This document shows positions 13,001-27,400 of a stretch of 64,000 nucleotides of DNA, piece after piece (position 1 is the first letter of the stretch; the number at the start of each line of letters is the position of its first letter). Source of the stretch: Bugula neritina. Its lineage: Eukaryota > Animalia > Bryozoa. A program made the position numbers and the translations under genes. Below the pieces are notes generated by a model that saw nothing but the letters and a program-made list of their open reading frames with translations, made no database searches and had not been told where the DNA came from. The stretch lies in assembly GCA_964035545.1 (NCBI GenBank), contig OZ037768.1, forward strand, positions 14,703,675-14,767,674, in the 5' to 3' direction.

Positions 13001-15545
13001 TTCAGTATGTTGCAGTATATTTCGGTATGTTGCAGTGTGTTGTAGTGTATTTTAGTATGTTGAAGTATATTTCAGTATGTTGCATTATATTTCGGTATGT
13101 TGCAGTATGTCTTTGTATGTTACAGCATATTTCAGTATGTTGCAGTATATTTCAATATGTCGCAGTATATTTCAGTAGGCTACCATATACTTCGGTACGT
13201 TGCGGTATATTTCAATGTGTTGCAGTGTTTTTCAATATGTTACAGTGTATTTCAACATGTTGCCGTATGTTGCAGTATGTTGCAGTGTATTTAGGAATCT
13301 GACAATGTATTTCAGTATGTTGCAGTATCTTGCAGTATCATTCAGTATGTTGCAGTATATTTCATTGTGGTGCAGTATGTTGCAGTATGATTCAGTAGTT
13401 TGTAACATATTTCGGTAGGTTACCATATTTTTCGTTATGTTGCAGTATGCCTTAGTATGTTACAGTGTGTTTCAGTATATTGCAGTATGCTTCAGTGTGT
13501 TACCGTATAAATCATTTTGTTGCAGGATGTTGCAGTATGTTTCAGCGGTTTGCAACATATTTCAGTAGGCTACCATATATTTCAGTATGTTGCAGTGTAT
13601 TTCAATATGGTACAGTGTATTTCAGTATGTTGCAGTGTATTTCAGTATGTTACGGTGTATTTCAATATGTTGCAGTATATTTCAGTAGTTTGAAACATAT
13701 TTCAGTAGGTTACCATATATTTTGGTATGTTGCAGTATATTCCAATGTGTTGCTGTGTATTTCAGAGTGTTTCAGTGTATTTCAATATGTTTCAAGATTT
13801 TTAGGTATTTTTCAGTATGTTGAAGTATATCTCAGTATTTTACAGCACATTTCTGTATATTACAGTATACTTCAGTGTGTTGCGGTGTATTTGAGTATGC
13901 TACAGCACATTTCAGTAAGTTGCAGTATATTTCAATGTGTTGCAGTATATTTTAGTATGTTGCAGTACATTTCTGTAAACTACAGTACAATTTAGTGTGT
14001 TGCAGTGTATTTCAGTATGTTGCAGTGTACTTCAACGTTTTACAGTATATTTCATTAGGTTACCATATCTTTCGGTATGTTGCAGAATATTTCAATGTGT
14101 TGCAGTGTATTTCAATGTGTTACAGTGTTTTTCAGTATATTTCAGTATGTTGCAGTGTTTAGCAGTGTATTTTAGTATGTTGAAGTATATTTCAGTATGT
14201 TGCATTATATTTCAGTACGTTGCAGTATGTCTTAGTTTGTTACAGTATATGTCAGTATTTTGCAGTATGTTTCGGTGTGTTACAGTAGATTTCATTTTGT
14301 TGCAGGCTGTTGCAGTATGTTTCAGTGGTTTGCAACGTGTCTCAGTAGGTTACCATATATTTCGGTATGTTTCAGTATATTTCAGTGTGTTGAGGTGTAT
14401 TTTAATGTGTAACAGTGTATTTCAGTATGTTGCAGTGTAATTCAGTATGTTACAGTGTATTTCAGTATGTTGAGGTATATTTCAGCATGTTGCAGTACAT
14501 TTCAGTATGTTGATGTATATTTCAGTATGTTACAGTAAAGTTCTGTATATTACAGTATACTTCAGTGTGTTGCAGTGTATTTCAGTATGCTACAGCATAT
14601 TTCAGTATGTTGCAGTATATTTCAATGTGTCGCAGTATATTTCAATATGTTGCCGTATGTTTCAGTATGTTGCAGTATATTTCAATGTGTGTCAGTGTTT
14701 TTCAATATGTTACAGTGTAATTCAGCATGTTGCAGTATGTTGCAGTGTATTTCAGTATCTTACAATGTGTTTCAGTATGTTGCAGTATCTTGCAGTATAA
14801 TTCAGTATGTTGCAGTGTCTTACAGTATGTTACAGTGTATTTCAGTATGTTGCATCATCTTGCAGTATTTTGTCAGTATGTTGCAGTATACTTCATTATG
14901 TTGCAGTATGTTGCAGTATATTTCAGTAGTTTGCAACATATTTCAGTAGGTTACCATATATTTCAGTATGTTGCAGTATATTTCAATTTGTTGCAGTGTA
15001 TTTCAGTATGTTACAGTGTATTTCAGTGTGTTTCGATATTTTTAGGTATATTTCAGTATGTTGAAGTTTATTGCAGTATGTTGCAGTGTACTTCAGTATT
15101 TTGTATTATATTTCAGTATGTTGCAGTATGTTTTAGTATGTTACAGTATATTTCAGTATTTTGCAGTATGTTGCAGTGTAATTCAGTATCTTACAGTGTA
15201 TTTCAGTATGTTGCAGTATTTTGCAGTATCTTTTAAGCTGTTGCAGGATATTTCAATGTTTTTGCGGTATATTTCATAATGTTGCACAGTTGCAATATTT
15301 TTTGGTGACTTTTAGTATATTTTAGTAGTTTGCAACATAATTCGGTAGGTTACCGTATATTCAGTTTGTTGCGGTATATTTAAGTATGTTGCAGTACATT
15401 TAAGGATGTTGCCATAAGTTTCAGTATGTTACAGTACATTTCTGTATATTACAGTATACTTCAGCGTGTTGCAGTATATTTCAATGTGTTGCAGGATATT
15501 TCAATGTGTTACAGCATATTTCAGTAGGTTACCATACATTTTGGT
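10030..15545 (-). repeat. Higher-order repeat, period 2809 bp (~2 copies)
   Basis: ORF pairs 10158/12967, 10656/13465, 11188/13997 and 12249/15058; GGTGAC marker at 12495/15304. Ends are approximate. Confidence 0.92.
12443..12506 (+). other. Irregular ~60-bp marker segment interrupting the monomer pattern (7 copies, block 2 only)
   Basis: caatgtttttgcggtatatttcataatgttgcacagttgcaatattttttggtgactttt; its GGTGAC lies at 12495, 15304, 17592, 21714, 23702, 25990 and 30112. Confidence 0.9.
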
Positions 15546-16079
15546 ATGTTGCGGTATATTTAAATGTGTTGTAGTGCATTTCAATATGTTACAGTGTATT
15601 TCAGTATGTTTCAATATTTTTAGGTATATTTCAGTATGTTGCAGTATATTTCAATATGTCGCAGTATATTTCAGTAGGCAACCATATACTTCGGTACGTT
15701 GCGGTATATTTCAATGTGTTGCAGTGTTTTTCAATATGCTACAGTGTATTTCAATATGTTGCAGTATGTTGCAGTATGTTGCAGTGTATTTAGGAATCTT
15801 ACAATGTATTTCAGTATGTTGCAGTATCTTGCAGTATCATTCAGTATGTTGCAGTATATTTCATTATGGTGCAGTATGTTGCAGTATGTTTCAGTAGTTT
15901 GTAACATATTTCGGTAGGTTACCATATTTTTCGGTATGTTGCAGTATGCCTTAGTATGTTACAGTGTGTTTCAGTATAATGCAGTATGCTTAAGTGTGTT
16001 ACCGTATAAATCATTTTGTTGCAGGATGTTGCAGTATGTTTCAGCGGTTTGCAACATATTTCAGTAGGCTACCATATAT

Positions 16080-19000
16080 TTCAGTATGTTTCAGTATATT
16101 TCAGTGGGTTGCAGTGTATTTCAATATGGTACAGTGTATTTCAGTATGTTGCAGTGTATTTCAGTATGTTACGGTGTATTTCAGTATATTGCAGTATATT
16201 TCAGTAGTTTGAAACATATTTCAGTAGGTTACCATATATTTTGGTATGTTGCAGTATATTCCAATGTGTTGCAGTGTATTTCAGAATCTTTCAGTGTATT
16301 TCAATATGTTTCAAGATTTTTAGGTATTTTTCAGTATGTTGAAGTATATCTCAGTATTTTACAGCACATTTCTGTATATTACAGTATACTTCAATGTGTT
16401 GCAGTGTATTTCAGTATGCTACAGCACATTTCAGTAAGTTGCAGGATATTTCAATGTGTTGCCGTTTATTTCAGTATGTTACAGTACATTTCTGTAAATT
16501 ACAGTACAATTTAGTGTGTTGCAGTGTATTTCAGTATGTTGCAGTGTACTTCAACGTTTTACAGTATATTTCATTAGGTTACCATATATTTCGGTATGTT
16601 GCAGAATATTTCAATGTGTTGCAGTGTATTTCAATATGTTACAGTGTTTTTCAGTATATTTCAGTATGTTGCAGTGTTTTGCAGTGTATTTTAGTATGTT
16701 GAAGTATATTTCAGTATGTTGCATTATATTTCAGTATGTTGCAGTATGTCTTAGTATGTTACAGTATGTTTCAGTATTTTGCAGTATGTTTCGGTGTGTT
16801 TTAGTATATTTCATTTTGTTGCAGGATGTTGCAGTATGTTTCAGTAGGCTACCATATACTTCGGTATGTTGTGGTATATTTCAATGTGTTGCAGTGTATT
16901 TCAAGATGTTACAGTGTATTTCAGTATGTTGCAGTATGTTGCAGTGTAATTCAATATGATACGGTATATTTCAGTATGTTGCAGTATGCTTCAGTGTGTT
17001 ACCGTATATTTCATTTTGTTGCAGGATGTTGCAGTATGTTTCAGTGGTTTGCAACGTGTCTCAGTAGGTTACCATATATTTTGGTATGTTTCAGTATATT
17101 TCAGTGTGTTGCGGTGTATTTTAATGTGTAACAGTGTATTTCAGTATGTTGCAGTGTAATTCAGTATGTTACAGTGTATTTCAGTATGTTGCAGTATATT
17201 TCAGCATGTTGCAGTACATTTCAGTATGTTGATGTATATTTCAGTATGTTACAGTAAAGTTCTGTATATTACAGTATACTTTAGTGTGTTGCAATGTATT
17301 TCAGTATGCTACAGCATATTTCAGTGTGTTGCAGTATATTTCAATGTGTCACAGTATATTTCAGTATGTTGCCGTATGTTTCAGTATGTTGCAGTATATT
17401 TCAGTATGCTACAGCATACTTCAGTATGTTGCAGTATATTTCAATGTGTCGAAGTATATTTCAGTATGTTGCCGTATGTTTCAGTATGTTGCAGTATATT
17501 TCAATGTGTGTCAGCGTTTTTCAATATGTTACAGTGTATTTCAATGTTTTTGCGGTTTATTTCATAATGTTGCACAGTTGCAATATTTTTTGGTGACTTT
17601 TAGTATATTTTAGTAGTTTGCAACATAATTCGGTAGGTTACCGTATATTCAGTTTGTTGCGGTATATTTAAGTATGTTGCAGTACATTTAAGTATGTTGC
17701 CATAAGTTTCAGTATGTTACAGTATATTTCTGTATATTACAGTATACTTCAGTGTGTTGCAGTGTATTTCAGTACGCTACAGCACATTTCAGTAAGTTGC
17801 AGTACATTTCAATGTGTTGCAGTATGTTTCAATATATTACCGCATGTTTCAGTATGTTACAGTACATTTCTGTAAATTACAGTATACTTTAGTGTGTTGC
17901 AGTGTATTTCAGTATGTTGCAGTGTACTTCAACGTGTTACAGTATATTTCATTAGGTTACCATAAAATTCAGTATGTTGCGGAATGTTTCAATGTGTTGC
18001 AGTGTATTTCAATATGTTACAGTGTTTTTCAGTATGTTGCAGTATGTTGCAGTGTATTTCAATATGTTACAGTGTATTTCAGCATGTTACAGTGTATTAC
18101 AGCATGTTTCAATATTTTTCAGTATTTTTCAGTTTGTTGAAGTATAATTCGGTATGTTGCAATATATTTCAATGTGTTGCAGTGAACTTCAGTATGTTAC
18201 AGTATGTTGCAGTGTAATTCAGTATGTTACAGTGTATTTCAGTATGTTACAGTATATTTCGGTATGTTGCAGTGTGTTGTAGTGTATTTTAGTATGTTGA
18301 AGTATATTTCAGTATGTTGCATTGTGTTTCAGTATGTTGCAGTAAGTCTTAGTATGTTACAGCAAATTTCAGTATGTCGCAGTATATTTCAGTAGGCTAC
18401 CATATACTTCGGTACGTTGCGGTAAATTTCAACGTGTTGCAGTGTTTTTCAATATGCTACAATGTATTTCAACATGTTGCAGTACGTTGCAGTATGTTGC
18501 AGTGTATTTAGGAATCTTACAATGTATTTCAGTATGATGCAGTATCTTGCAGTATCATTCAGTATGTTGCAGTATATTTCATTATGGTGCAGTATGTTGC
18601 AGTATGTTTCAGTAGTTTGTAACATATTTCGGTAGGTTACCATATTTTTCGGTATGTTGCAGTATGCCTTAGTATGTTACAGTGTGTTTCAGTATATTGC
18701 AGTATGCTTCAGTGTGTTACCGTATAAATCATTTTGTTGCAGGATGTTGCAGTATGTTTCAGTGGTTTGCAACATATTTCAGTAGGCTACCATATATTTC
18801 AGTATGTTTCAGTATATTTCAGTGTGTTGCAGTGTATTTCAATATGGTACAGTGTATATCAGTATGTTGCAGTGTATTTCAGTATGTTACGGTGTATTTC
18901 AGTATGTTGCAGTATATTACACTAGTTTGAAACATATTTCAGTAGGTTACCATATATTTCGGTATGTTGCAGTATATTCCATTGTGTTGCAGTGTATTTC

Positions 19001-22000
19001 AGAATGTTTCAGTGTATTTCAATATGCTTCAAGATTTTTAGGTATTTTTCAGTATGTTGAAGTATATCTCAGTATTTTACAGCACATTTCTGTATATTAC
19101 AGTATACTTCAGTGTGTTGCAGTGTATTTCAGTATGCTACAGCACATTTCAGTAAGTTGCAGTCTATTTCAATGTGTTGCAGTATATTTCAGTATGTTAC
19201 AGTGCATTTCTGTAAATTACAGTACAATTTAGTGTGTTGCAGTGTATTTCAGTATGCTACAGCACATTTCAGTAAGTTGCAGTATATTTCAATGTGTTGC
19301 AGTATCTTTCAATATGTTGCCGCATGTTCCAGTATGTTACAGTACATTTCTGTAAGTTACAGTATACTTTAGTGTGTTGCAGTGTATTTCAGTATGTTGC
19401 AGTGTACTTCAACGTGTTACAGTATATTTCATTGGGTTGCCATACAATTCGGTATGTTGCGGAACGTTTCAATGTGTTACAGTGTATTTCAATATGTTAC
19501 AGTGTTTTTCAGTATGTTGCAGTATGTTGCAGTGTATTTCAATATGTTACAGTGTATTTCAGTATGTTACAGTGTATTACAGCATGTTTCAATATTTTTA
19601 GGTATTTTTCAGTATGTTGAAGTATAATTCGGTATGTTGCCATATATTTCAGTGTGTTGCAGTAAACTTCAGCATGTTAATTACAGTATGTTGCAGTGTA
19701 ATTCAGTATGTTACAGTGTATTTCAGTATGTTGCAGTATATTTCGGTATGTTGCAGTGTATTGTAGTGTATTTTAGTATGTTGTAGTATATTTCAGTATG
19801 TTGCATTATATTTCAGTATGTTGCAGTATGTCTTAGTATGTTACAGCATATTTCAGTATATTGCAGTATATTTCAATATGTCGCAGTCTATTTCAGTAGG
19901 CTACCATATACTTCGGTACATTGCGGTATATTTCAATGTGTTGCAGTGTTTTTCAATATGTTACAGTGTATTTCAACATGTTGCAGTATGTCGCAGTATG
20001 TTGCAGTATATTTCAGTCGTTTGCTACATATTTCAGTAGGTTACCATATATTTTGGTATGTTGCAGTATGTCTTAGTATGTTACAGTATATTTCAGTATT
20101 TTGCAGTATGCTTCAGTGTGTTACCGTATATTTAATTTTGTTGCAGGATGTTGCAGTATGTTTCAGTGGTTTGCAACATATTTCAGTAGGTTACCATATA
20201 TTTCAGTATGTTTCAGTATATTTCAGTGTGTTGCAGTGTATTTCAATATGGTACAGTATATTTCAGTATGTTGCAGTGTATTTCAGCATGTTACGGCGTA
20301 TTTCAGTATGTTGCAGTATATTTCAGTAGTTTGAAACATATTTCAGTAGGTTACCATATATTCTGGTATGTTGCAGTATATTCCAATGTGTTGCAGTGTA
20401 TTTCAGAATGTTTCAGTGTATTTCAATATGTTTCAAGATTTTTAGGTATTTTTCAGTATGTTGAAGTATATCTCAGTATTTTACAGCAAATTTCTGTATA
20501 TTACAGTATACTTCAGTGTGTTGCAGTGTATTTCAGTATGCTACAGCACATTTCAGTAAGTTGCAGGATATTTCAATGTGTTGCAGTTTATTTCAGTATG
20601 TTACAGTACATTTCTGTAAATTACAGTACAATTTAGTGTGTTGCAGTGTATTTCAGTATGTTGCAGTGTACTTCAACGTTTTACAGTATATTTCATTAGG
20701 TTACCATATATTTCGGTATGTTGCAGAATATTTCAATGTGTTGCAGTGTATTTCAATATGTTACAGTGTTTTTCAGTATATTTCAGTATGTTGCAGTGTT
20801 TTGCAGTGTATTTTAGTATGTTGAAGTATATTTCAGTATGTTGCATTATATTTCAGTATTTTGCAGTATGTCTTAGTATGTTACAGTATGTTTCAGTATT
20901 TTGCAGTATGTTTCGGTGTGTTTTAGTATATTTCATTTTGTTGCAGGATGTTGCAGTATGTTTCAGTAGGCTACCATATACTTCGGTATGTTGTGGTATA
21001 TTTCAATGTGTTGCAGTGTATTTCAAGATGTTACAGTGTATTTCAGTATGTTGCAGTATGTTGCAGTGTAATTCAATATGATACGGTATATTTCAGTATG
21101 TTGCAGTATGCTTCAGTGTGTTACCGTATATTTCATTTTGTTGCAGGATGTTGCAGTATGTTTCAGTGGTTTGCAACGTGTCTCAGTAGGTTACCATATA
21201 TTTTGGTATGTTTCAGTATATTTCAGTGTGTTGCGGTGTATTTTAATGTGTAACAGTGTATTTCAGTATGTTGCAGTGTAATTCAGTATGTTACAGTGTA
21301 TTTCAGTATGTTGCAGTATATTTCAGCATGTTGCAGTACATTTCAGTATGTTGATGTATATTTCAGTATGTTACAGTAAAGTTCTGTATATTACAGTATA
21401 CTTTAGTGTGTTGCAATGTATTTCAGTATGCTACAGCATATTTCAGTGTGTTGCAGTATATTTCAATGTGTCACAGTATATTTCAGTATGTTGCCGTATG
21501 TTTCAGTATGTTGCAGTATATTTCAGTATGCTACAGCATACTTCAGTATGTTGCAGTATATTTCAAGGTGTCGAAGTATATTTCAGTATGTTGCCGTATG
21601 TTTCAGTATGTTGCAGTATATTTCAATGTGTGTCAGCGTTTTTCAATATGTTACAGTGTATTTCAATGTTTTTGCGGTATATTTCATAATGTTGCACAGT
21701 TGCAATATTTTTTGGTGACTTTTAGTATATTTTAGTAGTTTGCAACATAATTCGGTAGGTTACCGTATATTCAGTTTGTTGCGGTATATTTAAGTATGTT
21801 GCAGTACATTTAAGTATGTTGCCATAAGTTTCAGTATGTTACAGTATATTTCTGTATATTACAGTATACTTCAGTGTGTTGCAGTGTATTCCAGTACGCT
21901 ACAGCACATTTCAGTAAGTTGCAGTACATTTCAATGTGTTGCAGTATGTTTCAATATATTACCGCATGTTTCAGTATGTTACAGTACATTTCTGTAAATT

Positions 22001-22390
22001 ACAGTATACTTTAGTGTGTTGCAGTGTATTTCAGTATGTTGCAGTGTACTTCAACGTGTTACAGTATATTTCATTAGGTTACCATAAAATTCAGTATGTT
22101 GCGGAATGTTTCAATGTGTTGCAGTGTATTTCAATATGTTACAGTGTTTTTCAGTATGTTGCAGTATGTTGCAGCGTATTTCAATATGCTACAGTGTATT
22201 TCAGCATGTTACAGTGTATTACAGCATGTTTCAATATTTTTCAGTATTTTTCAGTTTGTTGAAGTATAATTCGGTATGTTGCAATATATTTCAATGTGTT
22301 GCAGTGAACTTCAGTATGTTACAGTATGTTGCAGTGTAACTCAGTATGTTACAGTGTATTTCAGTATGTTGCAGTATATTTCGGTATGTT
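16080..22390 (-). repeat. 4122-bp HOR, first tandem pair (partial)
   Basis: ORF pairs 16086/20208, 16516/20638, 17166/21288 and 17814/21936. Confidence 0.88.
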
Positions 22391-23415
22391 GCAGTATGTT
22401 GTAGTATATTTCAGTATGTTGCATTATATTTCAGTATGTTGCAGTATGTCTTAGTATGTTACAGCATATTTCAGTATATTGCAGTATATTTCAATATGTC
22501 GCAGTCTATTTCAGTAGGCTACCATATACTTCGGTACATTGCGGTATATTTCAATGTGTTGCAGTGTTTTTCAATATGTTACAGTGTATTTCAACATGTT
22601 GCAGTATGTCGCAGTATGTTGCAGTATATTTCAGTCGTTTGCTACATATTTCAGTAGGTTACCATATATTTTGGTATGTTGCAGTATGTCTTAGTATGTT
22701 ACAGTATATTTCAGTATTTTGCAGTATGCTTCAGTGTGTTACCGTATATTTAATTTTGTTGCAGGATGTTGCAGTATGTTTCAGTGGTTTGCAACATATT
22801 TCAGTAGGTTACCATATATTTCAGTATGTTTCAGTATATTTCAGTGTGTTGCAGTGTATTTCAATATGGTACAGTATATTTCAGTATGTTGCAGTGTATT
22901 TCAGCATGTTACGGCGTATTTCAGTATGTTGCAGTATATTTCAGTAGTTTGAAACATATTTCAGTAGGTTACCATATATTTTGGTATGTTGCAGTATATT
23001 CCAATGTGTTGCAGTGTATTTCAGAATGTTTCAGTGTATTTCAATATGTTTCAAGATTTTTAGGTATTTTTCAGTATGTTGAAGTATATCTCAGTATTTT
23101 ACAGCACATTTCTGTATATTACAGTATACTTCAGTGGGTTGCAGTGTATTTCAGTATGCTACAGCACATTTCAGTAAGTTGCAGGATATTTCAATGTGTT
23201 GCAGTTTATTTCAGTATGTTACAGTACATTTCTGTAAATTACAGTACAATTTAGTGTGTTGCAGTGTATTTCAGTATGTTGCAGTGTACTTCAACGTTTT
23301 ACAGTATATTTCATTAGGTTACCATATATTTCGGTATGTTGCAGAATATTTCAATGTGTTGCAGTGTATTTCAATATGTTACAGTGTTTTTCAGTATATT
23401 TCAGTATGTTGCAGT
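19780..23415 (-). repeat. ~1-kb segment duplicated at 2618-bp offset (~19780-20800 vs ~22400-23415)
   Basis: ORF pairs 19838/22456, 20101/22719, 20208/22826 and 20638/23256. Confidence 0.85.
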
Positions 23416-24479
23416 GTATTTCAGTGTGTTTCGATATTTTTAGGTATATTTCAGTATGTTGAAGTTTATTGCAGTATGTTGCAGTGTACTTCAGTATTTT
23501 GTATTATATTTCAGTATGTTGCAGTATGTTTTAGTATGTTACAGTATATTTCAGTATTTTGCAGTATGTTGCAGTGTAATTCAGTATCTTACAGTGTATT
23601 TCAGTATGTTGCAGTATTTTGCAGTATCTTTTAAACTGTTGCAGGATATTTCAATGTTTTTGCGGTATATTTCATAATGTTGCACAGTTGCAATATTTTT
23701 TGGTGACTTTTAGTATATTTTAGTAGTTTGCAACATAATTCGGTAGGTTACCGTATATTCAGTTTGTTGCGGTATATTTAAGTATGTTGCAGTACATTTA
23801 AGGATGTTGCCATAAGTTTCAGTATGTTACAGTACATTTCTGTATATTACAGTATACTTCAGCGTGTTGCAGTATATTTCAATGTGTTGCAGGATATTTC
23901 AATGTGTTACAGCATATTTCAGTAGGTTACCATACATTTTGGTATGTTGCGGTATATTTAAATGTGTTGTAGTGCATTTCAATATGTTACAGTGTATTTC
24001 AGTATGTTTCAATATTTTTAGGTATATTTCAGTATGTTGCAGTATATTTCAATATGTCGCAGTATATTTCAGTAGGCAACCATATACTTCGGTACGTTGC
24101 GGTATATTTCAATGTGTTGCAGTGTTTTTCAATATGCTACAGTGTATTTCAATATGTTGCAGTATGTTGCAGTATGTTGCAGTGTATTTAGGAATCTTAC
24201 AATGTATTTCAGTATGTTGCAGTATCTTGCAGTATCATTCAGTATGTTGCAGTATATTTCATTATGGTGCAGTATGTTGCAGTATGTTTCAGTAGTTTGT
24301 AACATATTTCGGTAGGTTACCATGTTTTTCGGTATGTTGCAGTATGCCTTAGTATGTTACAGTGTGTTTCAGTATAATGCAGTATGCTTAAGTGTGTTAC
24401 CGTATAAATCATTTTGTTGCAGGATGTTGCAGTATGTTTCAGCGGTTTGCAACATCTTTCAGTAGGCTACCATATATTT

Positions 24480-27400
24480 CAGTATGTTTCAGTATATTTC
24501 AGTGGGTTGCAGTGTATTTCAATATGGTACAGTGTATTTCAGTATGTTGCAGTGTATTTCAGTATGTTACGGTGTATTTCAGTATATTGCAGTATATTTC
24601 AGTAGTTTGAAACATATTTCAGTAGGTTACCATATATTTTGGTATGTTGCAGTATATTCCAATGTGTTGCAGTGTATTTCAGAATCTTTCAGTGTATTTC
24701 AATATGTTTCAAGATTTTTAGGTATTTTTCAGTATGTTGAAGTATATCTCAGTATTTTAGAGCACATTTCTGTATATTACAGTATACTTCAGTGTGTTGC
24801 AGTGTATTTCAGTATGCTACAGCACATTTCAGTAAGTTGCAGGATATTTCAATGTGTTGCAGTTTATTTCAGTATGTTACAGTACATTTCTGTAAATTAC
24901 AGTACAATTTAGTGTGTTGCAGTGTATTTTAGTATGTTGCAGTGTACTTCAACGTTTTACAGTATATTTCATTAGGTTACCATATATTTCGGTATGTTGC
25001 AGAATATTTCAATGTGTTGCAGTGTATTTCAATATGTTACAGTGTTTTTCAGTATATTTCAGTATGTTGCAGTGTTTTGCAGTGTATTTTAGTATGTTGA
25101 AGTATATTTCAGTATGTTGCATTATATTTCAGTATGTTGCAGTATGTCTTAGTATGTTACAGTATGTTTCAGTATTTTGCAGTATGTTTCGGTGTGTTTT
25201 AGTATATTTCATTTTGTTGCAGGATGTTGCAGTATGTTTCAGTAGGCTACCATATACTTCGGTATGTTGTGGTATATTTCAATGTGTTGCAGTGTATTTC
25301 AAGATGTTACAGTGTATTTCAGTATGTTGCAGTATGTTGCAGTGTAATTCAATATGATACGGTATATTTCAGTATGTTGCAGTATGCTTCAGTGTGTTAC
25401 CGTATATTTCATTTTGTTGCAGGATGTTGCAGTATGTTTCAGTGGTTTGCAACGTGTCTCAGTAGGTTACCATATATTTTGGTATGTTTCAGTATATTTC
25501 AGTGTGTTGCGGTGTATTTTAATGTGTAACAGTGTATTTCAGTATGTTGCAGTGTAATTCAGTATGTTACAGTGTATTTCAGTATGTTGCAGTATATTTC
25601 AGCATGTTGCAGTACATTTCAGTATGTTGATGTATATTTCAGTATGTTACAGTAAAGTTCTGTATATTACAGTATACTTTAGTGTGTTGCAATGTATTTC
25701 AGTATGCTACAGCATATTTCAGTGTGTTGCAGTATATTTCAATGTGTCACAGTATATTTCAGTATGTTGCCGTATGTTTCAGTATGTTGCAGTATATTTC
25801 AGTATGCTACAGCATACTTCAGTATGTTGCAGTATATTTCAATGTGTCGAAGTATATTTCAGTATGTTGCCGTATGTTTCAGTATGTTGCAGTATATTTC
25901 AATGTGTGTCAGCGTTTTTCAATATGTTACAGTGTATTTCAATGTTTTTGCGGTATATTTCATAATGTTGCACAGTTGCAATATTTTTTGGTGACTTTTA
26001 GTATATTTTAGTAGTTTGCAACATAATTCGGTAGGTTACCGTATATTCAGTTTGTTGCGGTATATTTAGGTATGTTGCAGTACATTTAAGTATGTTGCCA
26101 TAAGTTTCAGGATGTTACAGTATATTTCTGTATATTACAGTATACTTCAGTGTGTTGCAGTGTATTTCAGTACGCTACAGCACATTTCAGTAAGTTGCAG
26201 TACATTTCAATGTGTTGCAGTATGTTTCAATATATTACCGCATGTTTCAGTATGTTACAGTACATTTCTGTAAATTACAGTATACTTTAGTGTGTTGCAG
26301 TGTATTTCAGTATGTTGCAGTGTACTTCAACGTGTTACAGTATATTTCATTAGGTTACCATAAAATTCAGTATGTTGCGGAATGTTTCAATGTGTTGCAG
26401 TGTATTTCAATATGTTACAGTGTTTTTCAGTATGTTGCAGTATGTTGCAGTGTATTTCAATATGTTACAGTGTATTTCAGCATGTTACAGTGTATTACAG
26501 CATGTTTCAATATTTTTCAGTATTTTTCAGTTTGTTGAAGTATAATTCGGTATGTTGCAAAATATTTCAATGTGTTGCAGTGAACTTCAGTATGTTACAG
26601 TATGTTGCAGTGTAATTCAGTATGTTACAGTGTATTTCAGTATGTTGCAGTATATTTCGGTATGTTGCAGTGTGTTGTAGTGTATTTTAGTATGTTGAAG
26701 TATATTTCAGTATGTTGCATTGTGTTTCAGTATGTTGCAGTAAGTCTTAGTATGTTACAGCAAATTTCAGTATGTCGCAGTATATTTCAGTAGGCTACCA
26801 TATACTTCGGTACGTTGCGGTAAATTTCAACGTGTTGCAGTGTTTTTCAATATGCTACAATGTATTTCAACATGTTGCAGTACGTTGCAGTATGTTGCAG
26901 TGTATTTAGGAATCTTACAATGTATTTCAGTATGATGCAGTATCTTGCAGTATCATTCAGTATGTTGCAGTATATTTCATTATGGTGCAGTATGTTGCAG
27001 TATGTTTCAGTAGTTTGTAACATATTTCGGTAGGTTACCATATTTTTCGGTATGTTGCAGTATGCCTTAGTATGTTACAGTGTGTTTCAGTATATTGCAG
27101 TATGCTTCAGTGTGTTACCGTATAAATCATTTTGTTGCAGGATGTTGCAGTATGTTTCAGCGGTTTGCAACATATTTCAGTAGGCTACCATATATTTCAG
27201 TATGTTTCAGTATATTTCAGTGTGTTGCAGTGTATTTCAATATGGTACAGTGTATATCAGTATGTTGCAGTGTATTTCAGTATGTTACGGTGTATTTCAG
27301 TATTATGCAGTATATTACACTAGTTTGAAACATATTTCAGTAGGTTACCATATATTTCGGTATGTTGCAGTATATTCCATTGTGTTGCAGTGTATTTCAG

